From assembly GCA_029548865.1 (NCBI GenBank), contig JAKPMO010000021.1, positions 1 through 61,612 of the forward strand: a stretch of DNA of 61,612 bases, read 5' to 3'. The first letter of the stretch is position 1. Every line of letters starts with the position of its first letter. The stretch is from Caldisericota bacterium (GTDB taxonomy: Bacteria > Caldisericota > Caldisericia > JAAYUI01). Position numbers and translations under genes: made by a program. The notes beneath the pieces were generated by a model. That model worked only from the letters and a program-made list of their open reading frames with translations, was not told the origin of the DNA and ran no database searches. This document shows positions 53,478-61,612 of the stretch, in pieces.

Positions 53478-54545
53478 ATGAGAAAACTGCTGGCCTTTGC
53501 GCTTGCGCTGGTCTTTCTGTTTGCTAGCACCGGGGCCCTTGGCGCAGAGGTGCCCGTTGGAATGTCATCTTTTATGGCACTGGCCATCCGCTCCTCAGCC
53601 GGCAAAACGGTTGTCGGCCTGAACGGGAAGGTGCCGCTTTTTTGGTTTGATGGCAAAACCTTCTTCATCTGCGAAATAGAAACGGCAAAAACCAAAGACG
53701 GGGCAGAATACAAAAAACCAAAAACCGACAAGGAAGGCAAGCCTGTCATCTGCGCTCCATCTTCAAAAGATTTCACAAAAAAGGCCCTCCAGTCGCTGAC
53801 AAGCGGAATATACTGCATCCTTGAGCCACAGGAGGCAATAGCTGTTTGCGTTCGCCTTGAAAATACCTGTCTTTATGGTGTTTTTTCAAAGCAGGGGGCA
53901 ATAAGGTTCAGCCAGATTGGCGCAGACCGCGCCACAAAAATCGGCCTCACAAAACCAAATATGGTCTATATTTTGGACCAGGACTACAACAGGTTTGTCC
54001 TCGCGCTTGGAAATCCCCAAAAGGTGGTCTCCCAGGAAGCACCAAATCCGGACACCGCAGACCCGGAGAGATGTCTGGGAATAAAAGACGTCCTGCCGTA
54101 CGAATGTCTCTCCTTCGAGCAGCTGGGCAGGGGCCACCTGCAAATCTGGACTGGCAAGGAAGAAATAGTCTCTTGCGGGATCAGGTCGTCATGCCCACAG
54201 GTCACGGCGACTCACCAGGGGAGCGTGGCCGCAAGCCTGGAACTGCTGTGCGCACAGCTTGGCTGCTCGCTTGAAAAAGGCACCGAGCAAAACGAATTCG
54301 TAGTCCACAGGTTTGTCAGCCTGCTCTGGGAAAAACCGGCCACAATAGAGCTCAGACTCAAAATTGGCCAGTTTGTTGGCTCTGCCGATGGCAAAAGGCT
54401 GGATTTTCCATTCCCGCCCTACCTCGACCAGAAAACAAAAAAGCCGATGGTGCCGCTGAGGGCGTTTTGCAATGCGCTTGGCGCCAGGGTCCACTGGAGG
54501 GCGCTGGACAGCTCCGCGCTCGTGGAGAGGTTTGTAAGGAAGTAG
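53478..54545 (+). CDS. Secreted protein with C-terminal stalk domain
   Basis: Signal peptide MRKLLAFALAL...ALG; PPYLD...PMVPLRAFCNALGARVHW. Confidence 0.75.
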   Translation: MRKLLAFALALVFLFASTGALGAEVPVGMSSFMALAIRSSAGKTVVGLNGKVPLFWFDGKTFFICEIETAKTKDGAEYKKPKTDKEGKPVICAPSSKDFTKKALQSLTSGIYCILEPQEAIAVCVRLENTCLYGVFSKQGAIRFSQIGADRATKIGLTKPNMVYILDQDYNRFVLALGNPQKVVSQEAPNPDTADPERCLGIKDVLPYECLSFEQLGRGHLQIWTGKEEIVSCGIRSSCPQVTATHQGSVAASLELLCAQLGCSLEKGTEQNEFVVHRFVSLLWEKPATIELRLKIGQFVGSADGKRLDFPFPPYLDQKTKKPMVPLRAFCNALGARVHWRALDSSALVERFVRK

Positions 54546-54548
54546 CAA

Positions 54549-55103
54549 TTATCTGGACTGCAAAATAGAGTTTTTAAAAATATCCAGTTTTGCCATTATT
54601 TCCCTGTTTGCTATCAAGCCACCTTTTATCCCACCACCAGCAGGATAATCATTTGGATGTATCCCGATGGAGGTAATTATCTTCAAGCCAAGATTTTCAA
54701 GCGATCTGGACAAAATTTCTTCTGCCCGTTCAACGTTTTCATTGCCGACAACTACAATGGCGGCATTGCGGTTGCCAAAAGAGGCAAATCCACTGCATCT
54801 TCTTTTCCACAGAGACGGGGTTCTTTCTTCAAAAATGTAATACAATGATGGCGGCCTGCCATCATAAACTGGCGAAAATAGAACAACAGTGTCGCTCTCC
54901 ATCCATTTTTTATAGATTTTTCCAATATCATCATTTTTAGGGCAGGCCATGTCCTTCATGCATTCGTAATTGCATTTTGAGCATGGCTCCAGGTACAACT
55001 CACCCAGGACAAGGATGTCACTTTCTGGGAGGACATGTCTGGCAAAGTCCCAGCAATTCCCTTTTCTGGCGCTCAAAACCAACCCCAAACATTTATTTTT
55101 CAT
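54549..55103 (-). CDS. Flavodoxin-fold iron-sulfur flavoprotein
   Basis: SARKGNC, PCSKCNYEC...CPKNDD, SPVYDG. Confidence 0.78.
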   Translation of the reverse strand: MKNKCLGLVLSARKGNCWDFARHVLPESDILVLGELYLEPCSKCNYECMKDMACPKNDDIGKIYKKWMESDTVVLFSPVYDGRPPSLYYIFEERTPSLWKRRCSGFASFGNRNAAIVVVGNENVERAEEILSRSLENLGLKIITSIGIHPNDYPAGGGIKGGLIANREIMAKLDIFKNSILQSR

Positions 55104-55190
55104 GTCTTTTTGAAATTATAACCTAATTCAAGCCCTTACAGCAAATTAACGTTGTAAATATCGTAATCGTTGTTAATAGGTTAGATCGTT

Positions 55191-55553
55191 TTATTTTTTG
55201 ATCTTCCCCGTCTTTACCACGCTCCATTCCCCATCATCATTCATCCTGCTTATTGTAACTTCATCCCCTTTTATCCAGAACTCAACTTCTCGCTCGTCGC
55301 TGTACCTTGCTCCGGAGGCAGACACCAGCTGTGGCAGTGTGTACTCTTTGTTTTCCATGTTCACTTTTACAAAGTACAGGCTGTCATCGGACAAACTGTA
55401 AAAATTAGCTTTTACTGTTGAACCATCACTGCATTCGTATAAATATTCTCCCCCGGCATTGATTTCCAGCTTGCCTGCTCCGCTCTTGACGCACCCGCCA
55501 CTCAATAAAACAAGTGCCACAACAAAAACGCATATGACTTTATTTATCTTCAT
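55191..55553 (-). CDS. mliC: MliC-family lysozyme inhibitor lipoprotein
   Basis: Lipobox SGGC; YECSDG, LPQLVSASGARY, FWIKGDE. Confidence 0.82.
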   Translation of the reverse strand: MKINKVICVFVVALVLLSGGCVKSGAGKLEINAGGEYLYECSDGSTVKANFYSLSDDSLYFVKVNMENKEYTLPQLVSASGARYSDEREVEFWIKGDEVTISRMNDDGEWSVVKTGKIKK

Positions 55554-55656
55554 TCATTTTCACCCCGTTCTTTTGTGTTCTTGTCTGTCATGTTAGCTTG
55601 CGTCCCTGGTTTGTCAATAAATGGTGGGCCTGGTTGTGGCCATTCACTAAAAATGG

Positions 55657-55692
55657 AAACAGCCGCGAGGAGGGGGCCAGCGCGGCTGTTTT
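55657..55692. terminator. Hairpin downstream of hcp (probable terminator)
   Basis: AAACAGCCGCG-N13-CGCGGCTGTTT. Confidence 0.55.
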
Positions 55693-55804
55693 GTGCGGCC
55701 ATTTCGGCCTTATGAGGCAAGCCCTTGGTGTGGTTGCTTGCTTGTGGGCGGGTTCTTCCCCCGCCTCACAAACTTGGACACCCGGGCCACAATCGTGTTT
55801 TTAA

Positions 55805-57448
55805 TTATCCAAGGATCGCCTTCAGGTCCTGCTCTGGCGTTGTTATGGGCTGGATATTGTACTCTTTGTGGAGCATCTCTATGACATCCGGGGTGAGTGA
55901 TGCCGGAAGAGACGGGCCGATCCTGATGTTTTTGATGTCCAGTGCCAAAAGTGAGAGCAGGACAGCAACAGCCTTTTGCTCGTACCAGGAAAGGACGAGC
56001 GAGAGCGGCAGTTCGTTGACGTCAACGCCAAACGCCTGCGAGAGGGCGAGGGCAATCTGCACCGCCGAGTAGGCATCGTTGCACTGGCCAACATCCAGCA
56101 GTCTGGGCACTCCGTCAATGTCGCCAAAATCCTCTTTGTTGAAACGGTATTTTCCGCAGGCAAGCGTCATTATCACGCAATCTTTCGGCACCATCTTTGC
56201 GAAGTCGGTATAGTAGCTCCTTCCGGGTTTTGCGCCATCACATCCGCCAATCAGGAAGAAGTGCCTTATTTTTCCGCTTTTGACCATGTCCACAATCTTG
56301 TCGGCAATCCCGACCACTGTCTGAAAACCAAAACCAACGTTTATTTCGTGTGGAAACTCGGTGGACTGGAACCCAGGGGCCTGCAGTGCAGCGTCAATGA
56401 CCGGCGTGAAGTTGCGGTTTCTTATGTGCGTGACCCCTGGCCAGGCCACAAGGCCGGAGGTGAATATCCTCTGGGCATATTCCTGTTTTGGGCGCTGGAT
56501 ACAGTTTGTTGTCATGAGAATTGCACCCGGGAAATTTGGGAACTCGTGGATCTGTTCCTGCCATGCACCACCCCAGTTGCCAACAAGATGGTTATAGGCC
56601 CTGAGTTTTGGGTACGCATGGGCTGGCAGCATCTCGCCATGGGTGTATATATTTATGTCCTTGCCCTCGGTTTGCCTAAGCAGTTCCTCAAGATCCAGCA
56701 GGTCATGGCCCGAAACAAGAATTGCCTTTCCCTTTGCTGCTGTCATTCTTACTCTGGTCGGGACAGGATGTCCATAGGTGTTGGTGTTGGCCCTGTAAAG
56801 CATCTCCATTGCGTTGATGTTTGCCTGTCCGGCATCCATCAGGCCATCCATGAGCTGGCCAAGTTCGGTTGGCTCCTTTGAAATTAAATCAAGGATTTTG
56901 TGCAATTTTTCATAAAACTTGTCATCGGCGACACCAAGGATTGCGGCGTGGTCGGCATATGCCGATGCACCCTTGAGGCCGTGGGTCATGAACTGGAGCA
57001 AGCCGGCTTTCTGTTCGCCAATGCGCCCGATCATCTTTGCAGGCGAAAATTCTCTCCCCTGCTCTACCAACCCTTCAAAGGACTTGGCCGCTGTCCATGT
57101 TGCTGGCCCGGAGAGTTTGTCCGGCACCCTGCTGGATTTCAGGCAGGCAACCTCATACAGGTCTTTTGCCTTTTCCTTCATGCGTCCTGCCTTATAGATC
57201 AGCTCTACAAGCCTGTTTGGGTCAAAATTCACGTTTGTGATGGTTGTGAAAAGCGCCTCGGCAGTAAACCTGTTGATCTCCGGGTCAGTAGCTCCAAGCT
57301 CCCTTGCCCTTTTTGCATACTGGGCTATGCCCTTTGTTGCATAAATTAGAAGGTCCTGCAGGGTGGCCGTCGTGTCGTCCTTGCCACAAACGCCCTGCAC
57401 TGTGCATCCCTTGCCCCCAAAAGTCTGTTCACACTGGTAACAAAACAT
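55805..57448 (-). CDS. hcp: Hybrid cluster protein (hydroxylamine/NO reductase)
   Basis: MFCYQCEQT...C...VCGK, SGHDL, YTHGEMLPAH, TTNCI, GGCDG, ACGKYRFN, GQCND, SWYEQKA. Confidence 0.97.
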   Translation of the reverse strand: MFCYQCEQTFGGKGCTVQGVCGKDDTTATLQDLLIYATKGIAQYAKRARELGATDPEINRFTAEALFTTITNVNFDPNRLVELIYKAGRMKEKAKDLYEVACLKSSRVPDKLSGPATWTAAKSFEGLVEQGREFSPAKMIGRIGEQKAGLLQFMTHGLKGASAYADHAAILGVADDKFYEKLHKILDLISKEPTELGQLMDGLMDAGQANINAMEMLYRANTNTYGHPVPTRVRMTAAKGKAILVSGHDLLDLEELLRQTEGKDINIYTHGEMLPAHAYPKLRAYNHLVGNWGGAWQEQIHEFPNFPGAILMTTNCIQRPKQEYAQRIFTSGLVAWPGVTHIRNRNFTPVIDAALQAPGFQSTEFPHEINVGFGFQTVVGIADKIVDMVKSGKIRHFFLIGGCDGAKPGRSYYTDFAKMVPKDCVIMTLACGKYRFNKEDFGDIDGVPRLLDVGQCNDAYSAVQIALALSQAFGVDVNELPLSLVLSWYEQKAVAVLLSLLALDIKNIRIGPSLPASLTPDVIEMLHKEYNIQPITTPEQDLKAILG

Positions 57449-57470
57449 GGCTTTTCTCCTTTTCTATAAT

Positions 57471-58199
57471 TTATATCTGGCTTCCAAAGTTGTCAAAAGC
57501 GTCTCCGTTTATCATCACTGTAATTTCTTTGATCGGGACATTGGTCCCGGACATCGCGGCTGCTGCCTGCGCAATTCTGACAAGCCCGGAGCAACAGGGC
57601 ACTTCCATGTGCACAATGGTCAGACTCTTCACACCGTTCAATTTTATGATGTCTGACAGTTTTTGTACATAGTCTGAAATATCGTCCAGTTTTGGACAGG
57701 CAATCACAACAGGCCTGCCCTGGAGCATCTTGCTGTGGAAGTTTGCATAGGCAAACGGAACGCAGTCTGCGGCCAGAAGAAGGTGTGAGTTCTTCAGGAA
57801 CGGCGCATGTGGCGAGACCAGCTTTAGCTGGACCGGCCAGGTTGCAAGGCAGGACTGTTGTTCTGCTGATGGTATTGCACCACCTTCCTGCTTTTCCCTG
57901 TGGACCGTCCTTGCCTGGGAGGATGGACAGCCACAAGCTTGTGGTTGCGGCTTGCTTGATTGCGACATGTGCTGTGTGGCCGCCTTCTCATCAAAATCCA
58001 CTGCATCCCTCTCCTCGATTGTTATCGCGTCCTGGGGGCAATGGCCAAGGCAGGCGCCAAGACCGTCACAGTATGAATCTGACACAAGCCTGGCTTTTCC
58101 ATCAATAATCTTTATTGCACCTTCGACACAAGAAGTGACGCATTCACCGCACCCATTGCATTTCTCCTCGTCAATTTTGACAATCTTGCGAACACCCAT
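57471..58199 (-). CDS. 4Fe-4S ferredoxin-domain protein (hcp-associated)
   Basis: CNGCGECVTSC, CDGLGACLGHCP, WPVQL, ADC, CPKLD, MEVPCC. Confidence 0.9.
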   Translation of the reverse strand: MGVRKIVKIDEEKCNGCGECVTSCVEGAIKIIDGKARLVSDSYCDGLGACLGHCPQDAITIEERDAVDFDEKAATQHMSQSSKPQPQACGCPSSQARTVHREKQEGGAIPSAEQQSCLATWPVQLKLVSPHAPFLKNSHLLLAADCVPFAYANFHSKMLQGRPVVIACPKLDDISDYVQKLSDIIKLNGVKSLTIVHMEVPCCSGLVRIAQAAAAMSGTNVPIKEITVMINGDAFDNFGSQI

Positions 58200-58624
58200 T
58201 ATCTGTTCTCCTTTTTGATCGCCTGGCAGAGCTGCTCAAGCGAAGTTTTGCTGTAATGGTCAGAAAGTTTTGCCTCAACGTCCTTCATTACGCAGCCAAG
58301 CGTGCACCCGCCGGTGGGGCAAAACGGCTTGGAAAGAGGGCACGAGGAGGGTTCCATCCGCCCCTCTATCGACTCCACCACCTCGAGCAGGTTTATTTCT
58401 CCGGCTGGCCTCGCCAGGACAAACCCGCCCTGCGGGCCGCGGACTGGCCTGACCAGGTCAGCTTTTGTGAGCCTCTGGAGAACCTTTGAAAGGTGGTCAA
58501 ACGATGCCTTGAGCTGAACCGAGAGCTCTCTTGCCGAGAGTTTTCCCTCATCGTCGCAGGCCAGAAAAGCCATCGTGTGGATAGCCAACGTGCAGGCTTC
58601 GGAAAGTTTTACAAAGCTGGCCAT
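58199..58624 (-). CDS. Rrf2-family transcriptional regulator
   Basis: HLSKVLQRL, RGPQGGFVL, INLLEVVESIEG, Cys-rich C-terminus (CPLSKPFCPTGGC). Confidence 0.92.
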   Translation of the reverse strand: MASFVKLSEACTLAIHTMAFLACDDEGKLSARELSVQLKASFDHLSKVLQRLTKADLVRPVRGPQGGFVLARPAGEINLLEVVESIEGRMEPSSCPLSKPFCPTGGCTLGCVMKDVEAKLSDHYSKTSLEQLCQAIKKENR

Positions 58625-58677
58625 TTTTGCCCCCTTGTGTTTCCCTTTTCTGTTTTTGCATCTCTCTTATTAAGCAT

Positions 58678-58714
58678 ACTGGTACTTATATACCAGTTAT
58701 GAAATGGATGTCAA
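58678..58714 (-). promoter_or_regulatory. Promoter of the rrf2-fdx-hcp operon with putative Rrf2 operator
   Basis: -35 TTGACA (58714-58709); dyad ACTGGTA-CTTATA-TACCAGT (58678-58697) overlaps the -10 region. Confidence 0.65.
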
Positions 58715-58775
58715 GAGGTTGAGAATTTATGGAAAAGAAAATAGAATTTATTTAGCAAATTTAAAGGTGAGGGTT

Positions 58776-60830
58776 ATGGAAGCTAAAAAAGTTAATTTGA
58801 CAAAATATATGCAAAATGTGCATTTCATCATTCCAATATATCAAAGAAAATATAGTTGGGGTATCGAAGAATGCGAGCAGTTATGGGATGATGTATTAAG
58901 GGTGGGCAAGGATGAAAATTGTGAAAGCCATTTTTTTGGTGCGATGGTTTGTGTCAATAATACCAAGCACCATTATGAAACAAACAAACTTTTGATGATT
59001 GATGGCCAGCAAAGACTTACAACTATTTTCCTTCTTTTGCTTGCCATTTCAAAAACAATGGACCCAGATGAAGCAGAAAGAATCCACAATCAATATCTAA
59101 TCAATTCTTTTAAAAAAGACGAATTGAGAAAAAAGATAATTCTTACAGCCGGAGACCAGGAAGAGCTTGAAAAGCTTTTGCAAAACAAACCCATAGATGA
59201 ATTTGCAGGTTCCAGGATATTTGAGAACTACTATTTTTTCCAGGAAAAACTAAAAACGGAATCTCCACAAAAAATTTTTTGTGGAGTAGAAAAGCTGGAA
59301 ATTGTAGACGTTTCTTTGGATCCAATAGATTCTCCCCAGCTTATTTTTGAAAGCCTCAACTCTACAGGCATGAGCCTTACGCAATCAGATCTAATAAGAA
59401 ATTTGCTTTTAATGGAGGAGGGCTACGAAAAACAGTCTGATTTGTATCACACCCACTGGAGACCTATAGAAGAAAGGTTCTCAAGGGCCGACAAGGAGGA
59501 CAGGTTTGACAGGTTCATCAGGGACTTCATGACAATCCAGAGTGATGCAGGTGACATATCAAATCTTGGCGAAGTGTATAAAAATTACAAGAAATACTAT
59601 CTGAAAAGCAGACTCACAAACGAAGAGGCACTTGCAGAGCTTGAGCAATTCAGTAGACACTATGAAATCATCTACAAGGCAAAGTCTTCAGACAAGGAAA
59701 TTCAGAGCATGCTTGCAGAATTGAAAATTCTTCGTTTTGAAGTCTCGCACCCATTCTTGCTCAGGATTTTTGATGATTTTGAAAAAAATAACATCACAAG
59801 GGAACAGGTTCTTGAAATAATCAGGACAATCATAAGCTATGTGGTCAGAAGACAGATACTCAATTTGGCAACTAACAGTCAAAACAAAATATTTGCAACG
59901 CTTTATAGCAAACTGGACAAGAATTATCTGCTGGAATCTTTTTATGCCATGTTGCTAGGGCAATCGGATTTTGACAATTTTCCAACAGATGACAGTTTCA
60001 AGAGCCAGCTTGTAATGAGAAATCTCTACGATATGAAAAACACACCAAAATATTTGCTTGTCAAACTTGAGAATCATACACACAAAAAAGAGATCATAAA
60101 TCCAGAAGAGTACACTATTGAACATATTTTGCCACAAAACAGGAAACTATCTCTGGAATGGAAAGAGATGCTTGGGCCTGACTGGGAGGCGGTCCAGAAC
60201 AAATATGTAAACACACTGGGTAATTTGACGCTAACAGGTTACAACTCCGAATTGTCAGACAGGCCATTCAAAGAAAAACAGGATACTGCGTACAACACTT
60301 CCCCGCTTCTATTAAACAAGTACCTTTCAGAGTTGCCAAAATGGGGTGAGGAAGAAATTAAAGCCAGATCGACCCTTCTTGCCGAAAAAGCCGTATCGAT
60401 ATGGCGATACCCCGCAATTACAAGTAAGGTTTCCGAATTTATCGAGAGCAGAAAAGAGAAACAGACCAGAAGAAAATTTGATCTGGATGATTTTAATAAT
60501 AGGATGGATGCAAAAGGACAAGAACTGCTTGAAGAATTTAGGAGTGGAATCTTCAAACTATCACCAGATATAAATGAAATTGTAAACGAAACTTGCATTT
60601 CTTATAAGGTTGCAAGAAATTTTCTCATGATCAATCCAAGAAAAACTTCACTCCTGTGTGAATTGTACGGAATTGAATTCGAAGAGCTGGACAATCCGGA
60701 TATTTTCTGCCAGAAATCGCCACAGAACTGGTGGTCTAATGCCCACTTCAGGATTAAATCCAAAGACGACATTCCAAAGGCAATTCGTGCAGTTGGACAA
60801 GCTTTGGCAAAACAGGTAAACACGGATTAA
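58776..60830 (+). CDS. GmrSD-type type IV restriction nuclease (DUF262 + DUF1524/HNH + DUF5655-like)
   Basis: IPIYQRKYSW, IDGQQRLTT, IFESLNSTG, TIEHILPQ, GNLTL...N..LS; extra C-terminal domain; low GC. Confidence 0.88.
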   Translation: MEAKKVNLTKYMQNVHFIIPIYQRKYSWGIEECEQLWDDVLRVGKDENCESHFFGAMVCVNNTKHHYETNKLLMIDGQQRLTTIFLLLLAISKTMDPDEAERIHNQYLINSFKKDELRKKIILTAGDQEELEKLLQNKPIDEFAGSRIFENYYFFQEKLKTESPQKIFCGVEKLEIVDVSLDPIDSPQLIFESLNSTGMSLTQSDLIRNLLLMEEGYEKQSDLYHTHWRPIEERFSRADKEDRFDRFIRDFMTIQSDAGDISNLGEVYKNYKKYYLKSRLTNEEALAELEQFSRHYEIIYKAKSSDKEIQSMLAELKILRFEVSHPFLLRIFDDFEKNNITREQVLEIIRTIISYVVRRQILNLATNSQNKIFATLYSKLDKNYLLESFYAMLLGQSDFDNFPTDDSFKSQLVMRNLYDMKNTPKYLLVKLENHTHKKEIINPEEYTIEHILPQNRKLSLEWKEMLGPDWEAVQNKYVNTLGNLTLTGYNSELSDRPFKEKQDTAYNTSPLLLNKYLSELPKWGEEEIKARSTLLAEKAVSIWRYPAITSKVSEFIESRKEKQTRRKFDLDDFNNRMDAKGQELLEEFRSGIFKLSPDINEIVNETCISYKVARNFLMINPRKTSLLCELYGIEFEELDNPDIFCQKSPQNWWSNAHFRIKSKDDIPKAIRAVGQALAKQVNTD

Positions 60831-61196
60831 GTTGTTGAGATTCAAATATTGGATCTTCTTGGGAATTATTTAGGAAAATCCATGAGTGTAGGGAAGAGTA
60901 TGGCAAATGTGGACACAATGTCCACAGCAAGGGGGCAAAGAGTATTTGTTGGGATAAAGAACATTTCTTATGCGTGTTAGGAAGTATTCCATGTGGACCC
61001 CATGTGTGTGGGAAAAAGCGCTGATAACCCGCTTTTATATTGTCTCTCTTATACATGTAATAATAAAATCTTCTATCGTAATAAAAGTGATAAAGAAATT
61101 GTGCTTATTACATGTACTAATTTGTAATTCCTGGAAAAATTTGACGGGTGAATTTGATATAGGCAGGGTTTCCTTTGTATATAATAATTATCCTTT

Positions 61197-61423
61197 ATGT
61201 ACAGAGGTGCAAACATACTAGGTAGCTCATCAATTGAGAAAGTAAGTCCATCAAAGGCAAGGGAGAACCTTGTAGAGATAACTGACAAGGTGAGGTTTGG
61301 GAAGAAGAGGCCTGTTTTTCTCCTCAAGGGAGGCAAGGACATTACCGCAATTGTGCCCATTGAAGACAAGATTGATATTGAATGGCTGAACAAGCCCTTA
61401 AAAATGGAATTACCTATTCATTG
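61197..61423 (+). pseudogene. Phd/YefM-type antitoxin, frameshifted
   Basis: KVSPSKARENLVEITDKV..G...LLKGGKDITAIVPIED; the plausible tail [14 protein letters not shown] continues in the -1 frame from 61382; no toxin gene follows. Confidence 0.65.
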
Positions 61424-61534
61424 CATGAGTTGCTGGACAGGATTGCAACCCGCATCACAGGAGAGGTGAAACAGATCGGCAGGGTGGTTTTTGACATCAC
61501 AAACAAGCCACCAGCCACGATCGAGTGGGAGTGA
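61424..61534 (+). pseudogene. guaA: Orphan 3' fragment of GMP synthase (att-like remnant)
   Basis: Reads [36 protein letters not shown] (TGA 61532-61534), the diagnostic GuaA C-terminus; no 5' guaA in the window. Confidence 0.88.
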
Positions 61535-61612
61535 GAAGTATCAGTGTCATTTTTGGACACTAATTTTTGGAGCAAATTTGCATAATTGGGTGTTTATAAT
61601 TAGAATGATGGA

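Noticed and set aside
60831..61150. Short ORFs and the TGTGGACA-CAA-TGTCCACA palindrome after gmrSD
   Set aside because: No convincing start, RBS or motif; a single hairpin is not enough to call a feature
61574..61604. ATTTGCATAA resembling a dif XerC arm (also at ~51068-51090)
   Set aside because: No correctly spaced XerD arm (TTATGTTAAAT)

Overview
This is a bacterial chromosomal region, gene-dense, with no rRNA, tRNA, CRISPR array, transposase or integrase that I could see. Housekeeping genes are gyrB-gyrA-archease, an HD hydrolase with a tandem two-domain ThyX, and an isolated purF. Many secreted or envelope proteins are present: PQQ/BamB-type beta-propellers, a 15-repeat DUF5666-like protein, PEGA, NAGPA-like and lipoproteins. 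Five of them end in a copper-amine-oxidase-N-terminal ('stalk') domain, a style suggestive of Caldisericia-like anaerobes (inference only). Also present are a 9-gene amino-sugar/glycan operon (2 GNAT, PglC/PglE/PglF-like, 2 GT, PKD protein, PRTase), MerR and ArsR regulators, MliC and an Rrf2-ferredoxin-hcp operon. The AT-rich right end carries a GmrSD-type (DUF262-DUF1524-DUF5655) nuclease and a frameshifted Phd/YefM antitoxin fused to an orphan copy of the guaA 3' end, a likely island scar missed by the ORF track. Other notable signals: a MerR gene with a 19-bp-spacer dyad promoter and a strong internal start at the domain boundary (TipA-like two-isoform design), repeated -10-N7-ATG leaderless starts, complementary degeneration of the two ThyX halves, and a redox-dead DipZ-like lipoprotein. 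All family calls come from motif recognition by eye; no database searches were run.
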